DNA of 37,542 nucleotides from Planctomycetota bacterium. Its GTDB lineage: Bacteria; Planctomycetota; PUPC01. The notes below the pieces were generated by a model that did no database searches, was not told the DNA's origin, and worked only from the letters and a program-made list of their open reading frames with translations. The stretch spans positions 1-37,542 of the forward strand of contig PUPC01000128.1 of NCBI GenBank assembly GCA_003553185.1. Direction: 5' to 3'. Position 1 is the first letter of the stretch. Each line of letters begins with the position of its first letter. Positions 8,601-17,560 of this stretch are shown in pieces. The translations under genes were made by a program, and so were the position numbers.

Positions 8601-10790
8601 TCACTGGTTCGGCACGCGGACGAATTTCACCTCGGACGGGTCAGTCCGGTTCTCGACGTGGTAATCCCAGAAGATGGCGGCGTAGCTGGCCGGACTGTAC
8701 TGCGGTGCAGCGAGGTGGTTGATCCGCTGCCGCTCGGTTGCAACCTTCACCGACTCTTCCCACGTGCCGTCCTTCCACCGCCGGTAGCGGACCTCGTACT
8801 CCGGGTTCCGGCCGTTTTCTTCGCCCTCTTCCTCGCCTTCCTCGTCGTTCGGTTCATCGACTCGTTTCACGTAGAAGCAGTACATCGCGTCGCCGCTGGC
8901 CGTGACGATGGCGCTGCCGATCCGGCCCTCGGCCAGGGTGTCCTTCGTCCACTCGCCCTTCTCGCCGTGCAGCACGACCAGGTCGTCGGCCAGCACCTCG
9001 TCGCCCCGATTGCTGTACCCACCGCCTCGGGCGATGAACACCCGCTCGTTGCCGAGGGCGGTGACGGTGAGCAGACCGCGCCCCAGGTCGGGCAGCCGTT
9101 CGGGCTCGAGCCATTTCTCGCCGTCGTGGACCTGCCATTGCCCGCCGCCGAAGACGGCCACGCTGTCCTTGTAGGGCACGATCATCGGCCCCACCACGAC
9201 GGGGCTCGGCCAGAGCAGCACCTGCTTCGGCGGGGCCGGGGCATCCGGCTCGTCCAAGTCGGGCGTGTAGAACGGGCGTTCGGGCTCCTCGGCGGCGTCC
9301 TTACACGGCACCCAGGTGTAGCCGTCGTCGTCGGAGTGGCGAGCGTGCGATCCGCCGAACCCGTCGGTCCACGACGCCCACAGACGCCCGTTCTCCAGTT
9401 GGATGGCCCGACACTGGGCCGGGCACTTGTATCCGTCCTGATGGACGATGGCGAACCGGTCCCTCACCCACCGGTCGCCGAGGAAGGCGAGCCGATGGAG
9501 TGCGATGTCCTGACCCTCGTTGTACGAATCGCAGTTCGGGGTGCCCACGCCGAACGCGTTCCCGTAGCGGTCGGCGAAGTAGCCGGCCCGCATGTGCCAG
9601 GGGAGGATGATGTAGTCGCCGCCCTCCCGGTCAGGCGCCTCCCAGGTCTCGCCGCCGTCGAACGACGCGACGGCGATGAGCCCGCCGTTCGCCTCGCCGC
9701 GGCCGGCCATCACAACCAGCAGCCGGTCGTTGTCGTAGGCGACCACCGCCCGCCGGGCATTCTGGAAGTAGGTGGTGCCGGACCAGCCGAAGTGGGTGGG
9801 ACCGGGCATGTGGCCCGCCCCGGCGGCGAGCGGCGCCCCCCGGTTGATTACCACCGGGCCGAGCGGTTCGACCGGTTCCTCGTTGCGCTCGAGTTTGGCG
9901 GGATCGCGCTCCAGCGGAGGCGTCTGATCGACCGGCCTTGCAAACGGACGGGGTTCGCCATCCATCTCGATGAGTGGGTATTCGGGCTCCGGCTCGGCCC
10001 CTTCGGCGACCAGGCGAATATTGTCGAGGTACAGCCCGGTCGGCGGCTCGCCGGAGGGCAGCCCGTTCAGGCGAATGTTGTAGCGGTGGACCCGGGTCAG
10101 GTCGAGCTCGGCCAGGCGGGCCAGCTCGGCCAACGGTACGTCGCAGGTCACCGTTCGGTCGGCCGGGATTTCGAACACGGCGACCTCGGTCCGAATGCCG
10201 GTCGGCCGGTTCCGGACGCGGGGGCCGGAGCCGTCACGGACCCGGACTCCCACCTTGACCGGCTGGCCGACAGCGGTGACTTCGAACCGGAGCCGCTCGA
10301 AATCCGACCAGTCGGTGAGGCCGCTCCAGTCCTGTCGCCATAGCTGGGTCTCCCGCTGGAAGAAGTGGTCGTGTGCATCGTACGCCGGCTCGCGGGCGGG
10401 CCAGGGACCTGGGTGCTCTCGTTTGAGCTGGGCGGCGATGTAGTTCCAGCGGCGCTCGGTCCACCGGCACTTCCAGGCGAATTGGCCCTGGGAGGCGTGT
10501 CTTCGCACCATCCACGACTGCGGCCAGTCCCGCGAGGACCGGCGGCTGATGACCATGAAGCCGTCCGGGCCCACGTCATCCAACTCCTCGATCTCCTCGC
10601 CCCGCCAGCCGGGCGCGGGCCTCTCCGTATGCGGCTCGCCGAGGTACTCCCGTCCTTCCATTTGGATCGTACCGTCCTGGAACTCATCCCACTCGAACCC
10701 GACCAGGACGCGAACGCCCTCCCCGGCTGATGCGAGGGAGCAGGCCGCGATGATTCCCGCCACAACGACAACCCGAATCGTTCTCACCAT
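8601..10790 (-). CDS. secreted BNR/Asp-box (sialidase-like beta-propeller) protein with an N-terminal uncharacterised domain, 729 aa
   Basis: Track ORF. Signal peptide MVRTIRVVVVAGIIAACSLASA. Two exact Asp-box motifs (S-x-D-x-G-x-T-W): SFDGGETW and SDDDGYTW. AGGAGG lies upstream of the ATG. Confidence 0.8.
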   Translation of the reverse strand: MVRTIRVVVVAGIIAACSLASAGEGVRVLVGFEWDEFQDGTIQMEGREYLGEPHTERPAPGWRGEEIEELDDVGPDGFMVISRRSSRDWPQSWMVRRHASQGQFAWKCRWTERRWNYIAAQLKREHPGPWPAREPAYDAHDHFFQRETQLWRQDWSGLTDWSDFERLRFEVTAVGQPVKVGVRVRDGSGPRVRNRPTGIRTEVAVFEIPADRTVTCDVPLAELARLAELDLTRVHRYNIRLNGLPSGEPPTGLYLDNIRLVAEGAEPEPEYPLIEMDGEPRPFARPVDQTPPLERDPAKLERNEEPVEPLGPVVINRGAPLAAGAGHMPGPTHFGWSGTTYFQNARRAVVAYDNDRLLVVMAGRGEANGGLIAVASFDGGETWEAPDREGGDYIILPWHMRAGYFADRYGNAFGVGTPNCDSYNEGQDIALHRLAFLGDRWVRDRFAIVHQDGYKCPAQCRAIQLENGRLWASWTDGFGGSHARHSDDDGYTWVPCKDAAEEPERPFYTPDLDEPDAPAPPKQVLLWPSPVVVGPMIVPYKDSVAVFGGGQWQVHDGEKWLEPERLPDLGRGLLTVTALGNERVFIARGGGYSNRGDEVLADDLVVLHGEKGEWTKDTLAEGRIGSAIVTASGDAMYCFYVKRVDEPNDEEGEEEGEENGRNPEYEVRYRRWKDGTWEESVKVATERQRINHLAAPQYSPASYAAIFWDYHVENRTDPSEVKFVRVPNQ

Positions 10791-11021
10791 ATCACCGCCT
10801 CCTGTTCTTCAGCCCTGAATACCCGCCGATGCAACCAGTATATCAAATTAACCGGTCAAGGGAGTGTTCCGACTCGGAATCCGGGCGGTTCATTCTCGTG
10901 GTCGCATTCGCCGGTCGCCTGTCGCAGCGCCCTGGCCGTCGAACCGATCGTCCGGAGACGGCCGCTCCCGTCCCCAATCCCAGTGAATATCACGTTTGGA
11001 CCGCGCGTTCATCCTCCTGAC

Positions 11022-11050
11022 TTGGAAGACACGCCTCCCGCCGTTATAAT
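11022..11050 (+). promoter_or_regulatory. sigma70-like promoter candidate (TTGGAA-N17-TATAAT) for the purO-like gene
   Basis: TTGGAA at 11022-11027, a 17-nt spacer, and consensus TATAAT at 11045-11050. It lies about 45 nt upstream of the ATG at 11096. Confidence 0.45.
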
Positions 11051-11095
11051 CCGGCCATACAACTGGACTGGGGAGAGGTTTTTCAGGAGGTGGAA

Positions 11096-11824
11096 ATGAA
11101 AATCGAAGCGCTTGCCGCGGAACAGATGGAGACGCTCCGGGCGAACCCGTATCCGGGTCGGGGCATCGTCATCGGCCAGACGCCCGACGGAACGAACATG
11201 GTCCAGGTCTACTGGATTATGGGCCGCAGCCCGAACAGCCGGAACCGGGTGTTCGTCGAGGAAGGCGGCGAGGTCCAGACCGCTCCGTTCGACGCATCGA
11301 AGGTCGAGGACCCGTCGCTCATCATCTACCCCTGCGCTCGCTCGCTGAACCGGGCGCACATCGTGTCGAACGGCGATCAGACCGACACCATCTTCGAGGC
11401 CCTGTCGGGCGGCATCTCGTTCGAGACCGCGCTCCGAACACGCACGTTCGAGCCGGACGCCCCCAACTACACCGCCCGCATCGCCGGTCTGGTCAACCTC
11501 GCCGACGAACGCAACGCCTATCAACTGGCGATACTCAAGTCGATTGGAAACAGCCCGGACCACCCGACCCGCCAGTTCTTCGACTACCCGACCGCGATCC
11601 CCGGGATCGGCCACTTCGTCTCGACCTACAGCGACGACGGCAGCCCCCTCCCGGCGTTCGAGGGCGAGCCGGCACCGATGCAAATCCTGAACGACATCGA
11701 CGCCACCCGCGACCTGTACTGGGAATCGCTGAACACGGAGAACAAGGTCTCGATGATGGTCAAGTACATCGACCCCGAGACCGACGAGGTCGAGATTCGC
11801 ATCGCGAACAAGAACCGGGCTTGA
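11096..11824 (+). CDS. purO: IMP cyclohydrolase, archaeal PurO-type family protein (about 242 aa)
   Basis: Track ORF 11090..11824. I prefer the ATG at 11096 because AGGAGG (11085-11090) sits 5 nt upstream. YPGRGIVIGQTPDGTNMVQVYWIMGRSPNSRNR, IVSNGDQTDTI and DAPNYTARIAG match, from memory, the conserved blocks of archaeal PurO (YLGRILAVG...RSFPNR, VVSNGSHTDTI, NTPRIAA). Confidence 0.7.
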   Translation: MKIEALAAEQMETLRANPYPGRGIVIGQTPDGTNMVQVYWIMGRSPNSRNRVFVEEGGEVQTAPFDASKVEDPSLIIYPCARSLNRAHIVSNGDQTDTIFEALSGGISFETALRTRTFEPDAPNYTARIAGLVNLADERNAYQLAILKSIGNSPDHPTRQFFDYPTAIPGIGHFVSTYSDDGSPLPAFEGEPAPMQILNDIDATRDLYWESLNTENKVSMMVKYIDPETDEVEIRIANKNRA

Positions 11825-11901
11825 CCGGGCGGCGGCGGAGCACGGAGTTTTCCCCGAAATCGCGCTTGCCAACCGCCGGGGAATCGCTATGATGGTGGGT
11901 A

Positions 11902-11965
11902 GAGAGCGGCGCGACCGCTCTCGGCAGGGGCCTCGCCCCTGCGTGTCGCGGGGACGTACCGCGAC
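11902..11965 (+). other. three back-to-back perfect GC-rich hairpins (candidate structured RNA element, class unknown)
   Basis: GAGAGCGG-cgcga-CCGCTCTC (11902-11922), GCAGGGGC-ctc-GCCCCTGC (11924-11942) and GTCGCGG-ggacgta-CCGCGAC (11945-11965). They are separated by 1-2 nt and lie in a region with no credible ORF. Confidence 0.5.
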
Positions 11966-12101
11966 GGGTGGCCGCCGGAAGCGCTCGGAGCGCCCGGGCG
12001 CCGACCGGATCCCCGCTCAGAAAGGAGGTGATCAATGATAGATTTGCGCAAGAGGTGGCTGGAAATCTAGCTGCCGACGGGCTTTTAGGAGTCCAGTCAC
12101 A

Positions 12102-12138
12102 GGGCGGTCCGGAGAATCCGGGCCGCCCTTTTTTTTAT
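12102..12138 (+). terminator. rho-independent terminator (plus strand)
   Basis: GGGCGGUCCGG-agaau-CCGGGCCGCCC forms an 11-bp stem (one G-U pair) with a 5-nt loop. It is immediately followed by T8 (12129-12136). The minus-strand orientation has no trailing U-tract, so it is unidirectional. Confidence 0.85.
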
Positions 12139-12424
12139 GAAAGAACGGGCTCACAGCAAAGCCAGCATCCCCGCCTGCCCGCCATCCACCAACGAGCCAT
12201 CACCCCGGCCCAATTCAAATCCGCCCTGACCGCGGTGCGTAATGCTACCTATCCCACGAGAAGAGAAGCAGGGATGGGTGTCCTTGATCTGAAACAGAAG
12301 ACGCGGCACGGGCGCATGAGTGTATGAGAGTGAGCTACCCCCGCGGGAGCGGGGGTGGCACAGACTTCCAGCCCGTGGTTGGAACCAGGAACGGCGGTAC
12401 GAGCTTTCGACCGATGCGGCCCGG

Positions 12425-14593
<2,169 letters not shown>

Positions 14594-14747
14594 GAAATGT
14601 TCCAAAAAAATTAAAACAGACAGTATCCGAGTCGGGATCGTCTTCGCCCCGGGTCTTCTCTCAGCGGCAACCAAAGCCATACCCGGAGAACCCAGAATCC
14701 GGCGTGGGGCGAACGGCGGGTGACGCACCTCGCCTCCCGACAGGGAT

Positions 14748-14775
14748 ATAATAGCCGAACCATCTTGCGAGTCAA
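14748..14775 (-). promoter_or_regulatory. sigma70-like promoter candidate for rpsA (TTGACT-N16-TATTAT on the minus strand)
   Basis: The reverse complement of 14741-14780 reads gccgcTTGACTcgcaagatggttcggcTATTATatccctg. It predicts a leader of about 150 nt ending in the A/U-rich ...ctgttttaatttttttggaacatttcATG, with no clear Shine-Dalgarno. Confidence 0.45.
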
Positions 14776-14792
14776 GCGGCTCTCGCTAGAAT
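14765..14792 (+). promoter_or_regulatory. sigma70-like promoter candidate (TTGCGA-N16-TAGAAT) for the 14804 gene
   Basis: TTGCGA at 14765-14770 and TAGAAT at 14787-14792. The ATG at 14804 is only 11 nt past the -10 element, which implies a near-leaderless mRNA. The -35 element abuts and overlaps the -35 of the divergent rpsA promoter. Confidence 0.35.
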
Positions 14793-14803
14793 AGACCCCT
14801 GTT

Positions 14804-16222
14804 ATGCGCACTCGGCTCCTCATCTTTGTGTCGGCGCTCGCCGGACTTGCCGCTTCCGCCGCTGGGGGCGCGCCCGTCGATACCGAGCCGCGACCGGTCC
14901 GCTGGCATGTGCTGCCCCCGGAGGTCACCGACGCATTCGTTGCCCGGGACGGCCGCCCTTTGTACGTCATCGAGCGGGAGGGCGAGCCGGGGCAGCCCGA
15001 GGTGGACGGCGATGTGGTCGGCGGCGCACGCCCGGTGTTGCTGGACCGGTCCGGCCGCCTGTGGTGTGTCCTGCCGGGGGGCGAGCGGATGGTCGGCATA
15101 AAAGACGACCACGTGATACCGGTGGAACCGCCCGACGGGGCGTCGTTTCGGACCGTCTGTGAGCGAGGCGGGCATCGGGAGATACGGACCGCCGCCTACG
15201 AGGACAACGCCGGTCGCGTGTGGTTCGGGAACTCGCGCGGGGTCCAGTGGTACGACGGTCGCCGGTGGCAGGCAAAAGACCTGGCCGCGCCCGCCGGCCT
15301 CGCCGACGGCACCCCGATGTCCGCCCTCCACATCACCGAGGATGGGGCCGGCACCCTGTACTTCTGGGCGGAGTGGCTCGAGGGCGACGTGTGCGGGACC
15401 CACGGGTTCTGGACGTATGACGGCGCGGACTGGAAGCATCTCACCGGTGCGGTGGGGCTGGACCCGGCGGGGAATCGGCTGGCGGCGGTGTGCCCGATCG
15501 CGCCGGGCCGGCTGCTGGTGAACTCGGGGGACGGGCGGCTGGTGGAGTTTCTGCTCGAATCGCACGACCCGGAGGTCGAGATCGCCCCGTTTCTCGCCCG
15601 TCTCAACGACCCCCGCTGGGCGGTCCGGCAGGAGGCGACCGAAGAACTCATCGCTATGGGCCGGAGGGTCGAGCCGGCGCTCCGCCTCCGCCTGGCCGAG
15701 GAGGAATTGGCCGAGGAGGTACGGGCACGCCTGAGGATGGCGCTCGGAGCGGTGAAATCCGACGCAGCTCGAAGGCCGGCCCCCCGAGCACCGGGCGACA
15801 TCCCGCTCTCGCTCCCGCAGTTGAAGAGCGGGCGGTGGACGGTCCGGCTCGTCCCGCCCATCGACCGCCGCCTCGTACGGGGCCGCAAATGGACCGCTGT
15901 TGTCGAGGGACCGCGCCGGGTACGGGAAGCCCGGCGGATGCTCGTCCTTCTCCGGGGCGACGTGGTGGAGACCGTGTTCGTCGAGGACGCGGCCACACCG
16001 CCCGCGCCGTTCTCGGTGCTGGAAGCCGGCGAGGACGGGGTGTGGGTCGGCATCGAGGGGAGGGGGCTGTTTCGCTGGGCGGACGGCCGACTCGAGCCGG
16101 TCCTGGACGACGACCGGGCTGATTTCTGGCGGATCATCGGGCTGGACCGCGATGGCCGCGTCCTGCTCACCGACGGGGCACGCGTGGCCGCCTATTGGCC
16201 CGGACAGCCCGAGGCGAGATAA
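14804..16222 (+). CDS. secreted hypothetical protein with beta-propeller-like repeats (two-component-regulator-propeller-like) and a HEAT-like helical insert, 472 aa
   Basis: Track ORF. Signal peptide MRTRLLIFVSALAGLAASAAGGA. Repeats such as GRVWFGNSRGVQWYDGRRW and GFWTYDGADWKHL. A HEAT-like segment: LNDPRWAVRQEATEELIAMGRRVEPAL. The opposite-strand 516-aa ORF is Arg/Pro/Gly-rich shadow sequence. Confidence 0.7.
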   Translation: MRTRLLIFVSALAGLAASAAGGAPVDTEPRPVRWHVLPPEVTDAFVARDGRPLYVIEREGEPGQPEVDGDVVGGARPVLLDRSGRLWCVLPGGERMVGIKDDHVIPVEPPDGASFRTVCERGGHREIRTAAYEDNAGRVWFGNSRGVQWYDGRRWQAKDLAAPAGLADGTPMSALHITEDGAGTLYFWAEWLEGDVCGTHGFWTYDGADWKHLTGAVGLDPAGNRLAAVCPIAPGRLLVNSGDGRLVEFLLESHDPEVEIAPFLARLNDPRWAVRQEATEELIAMGRRVEPALRLRLAEEELAEEVRARLRMALGAVKSDAARRPAPRAPGDIPLSLPQLKSGRWTVRLVPPIDRRLVRGRKWTAVVEGPRRVREARRMLVLLRGDVVETVFVEDAATPPAPFSVLEAGEDGVWVGIEGRGLFRWADGRLEPVLDDDRADFWRIIGLDRDGRVLLTDGARVAAYWPGQPEAR

Positions 16223-16288
16223 CGCGGCCGGGAGCGCCCGAGGGCGGCTTGTTTTCCGGATCATGCCGGATTCCGCGCCCCGTCGAGG

Positions 16289-16317
16289 TTGACTTCTGCC
16301 GGGTATCGGCTTAAATA
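16289..16317 (+). promoter_or_regulatory. sigma70-like promoter candidate (TTGACT-N17-TAAATA) for the aminotransferase-ABC-ABC operon
   Basis: TTGACT at 16289-16294, a 17-nt spacer, and TAAATA at 16312-16317. It lies about 40 nt upstream of the ATG at 16358, which is preceded by AAGGAAA. Confidence 0.4.
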
Positions 16318-16357
16318 GGCCCTTGTTTGCCATCACACTTCACTTGTAAGGAAACGG

Positions 16358-17557
16358 ATGTCCAGAAGACTCAGCCGCTTGAACCCGAACCTGCCGCCCA
16401 TTCTGACTGCCCCCTATCCGTTCGACGTTGTCGATTCCAACAAGAAGCGGGCTCTCGAGGAGTTCCCCGAGGGCTACGTGATTGACTTCGGCGTCGGCGA
16501 TCCGACCGACCCCGTGCCCGAACTCGTCCGCCGAAAGATGGCGGGAGCGGTCGAGGAGTCCAAGTGTTCCGGTTATCCTTCCGCTCTGGGCGGGGCCGGT
16601 TACATCGCCGCCGTGCGGGACTTCGTCGAGCGCCGGTTCGGCGTGGGACTCGAGCCAGACCAGTTGTGCGCCACCTACGGGGCGAAATATGCCTCGTTCC
16701 ATCTGCCGTGGTATTTCTGCGACCCCGCCGGCGACGACATGTGCCTGATCCCGAACCCCGGCTATCCGCCCTATACCGACGGCACGCTGCTGGCCGGGGC
16801 CGAGCCCTATTATCTGAACATCTCGGAGCTCAGCGGATTTGTTCCGGACCTCGCCGGGATTCCGGCCGATATCGTGGCCCGTGCCCGCATTCTGTTCGTC
16901 AACTCGCCCCATTCGCCCACGGGGCAGGTCCTGTCGCTGGACCAGTTGGGCGAGATCGTCCGGTTCTGCCTCGATAACGACATCGTGCTGGTCTCGGACG
17001 AGTGCTATTCCGAGCTTTTCTACGGGGACCCGCCGCCGAGCGTGCTCGAGGTTCCGGAATCTGCCGACTGTGCCATCGTGCTCAATTCGCTATCGAAGCG
17101 GAGTATGATGACCTCCTGTGCTGTTGGTTTTATGGCCTCGCGCAACCCGGACCTTCTCGGGCCGATCCGGGCGATCACCCGCAAGTCCATACAGGGGGTG
17201 GCCCACATCATCGAGGCGGGCGCCGAGGCGGCCTTACTCGACGACGCGCACCCCCGCGAGATGCGGGCGGTGTATCAGGAGCGGCTGGACATCCTGCTCC
17301 CGGCCCTGGAGTCGGTCGGATGTGTGCCTGTGCGCCCGCGCGGCACATTCTTTCTATGGGTCAAGGTGCCCGAGGCCGACACGCCGCTCGGCTTCTCGGA
17401 GACTCTGCTGTTCGAGAAGGGCATCAACTGTGTTCCGGGCAACCTTGTGAGCAAGGAATGGCAGGGGGAGAATCCCGGCGACGGGTTTGTCCGCTTTGCT
17501 CTGGTCCCGGATATCGAACAAGTTCGAGAGGCGCGGCAGCGGCTGACTGCCGAGTGA
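16358..17557 (+). CDS. class I/II (fold-type I) aminotransferase-like protein, 399 aa
   Basis: Track ORF. The motif order is typical of class-I aminotransferases: IDFGVGDP, VNSPHSPTG, SDECYSEL, the SLSKRS lysine motif, and C-terminal VRFAL. Two PLP-contact positions look substituted (see findings). Confidence 0.85.
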   Translation: MSRRLSRLNPNLPPILTAPYPFDVVDSNKKRALEEFPEGYVIDFGVGDPTDPVPELVRRKMAGAVEESKCSGYPSALGGAGYIAAVRDFVERRFGVGLEPDQLCATYGAKYASFHLPWYFCDPAGDDMCLIPNPGYPPYTDGTLLAGAEPYYLNISELSGFVPDLAGIPADIVARARILFVNSPHSPTGQVLSLDQLGEIVRFCLDNDIVLVSDECYSELFYGDPPPSVLEVPESADCAIVLNSLSKRSMMTSCAVGFMASRNPDLLGPIRAITRKSIQGVAHIIEAGAEAALLDDAHPREMRAVYQERLDILLPALESVGCVPVRPRGTFFLWVKVPEADTPLGFSETLLFEKGINCVPGNLVSKEWQGENPGDGFVRFALVPDIEQVREARQRLTAE

Positions 17558-17560
17558 CCG

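Noticed and set aside
8412-10343. 643-aa ORF on the plus strand
   Set aside because: It is antisense to the BNR/Asp-box gene. The sequence is Arg/Gly/Pro/Val/Ala-rich shadow with no signal peptide, no motifs and no SD.
11009-11872. 287-aa ORF on the minus strand
   Set aside because: It is antisense to the PurO-like gene and runs across that gene's promoter and SD. It is a shadow frame.
12205-12222. TTCAAATCC, resembling a tRNA T-loop
   Set aside because: The flanking 5-mers (CCCAA / CCGCC) cannot form a T-stem, and no acceptor, D or anticodon arms can be drawn. I found no tRNA anywhere in the window.
11968-12327. 119-aa ORF on the plus strand in the purO-rpsA gap
   Set aside because: It reads straight through the strong intrinsic terminator at 12102-12138. 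It has no SD and no recognisable family. The region is better explained as structured RNA.
12338-12355. CCCCCGC-(4 nt)-GCGGGGG hairpin 70 nt downstream of the rpsA stop
   Set aside because: It is a plausible rpsA terminator stem, but it lacks a following U-run on the minus strand, so I left it uncalled.
14594-14728. 45-codon N-terminal extension of rpsA (MRHPPFAPRRILGSPG…)
   Set aside because: The extension is not S1-like and overlaps the predicted leader. The conserved S1 N-terminus begins at MDIGKDLIKEL (ATG at 14593).
16226-16256. Possible terminator after the 14804..16222 gene (CGCC-cgag-GGCG followed by GCTTGTTTTCC)
   Set aside because: The stem is only 4-5 bp, which is too weak to call.
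14786-16336. 516-aa ORF on the minus strand
   Set aside because: It is antisense to the signal-peptide-bearing 472-aa protein, Arg/Pro/Gly-rich, and would run through the predicted promoters on both sides.
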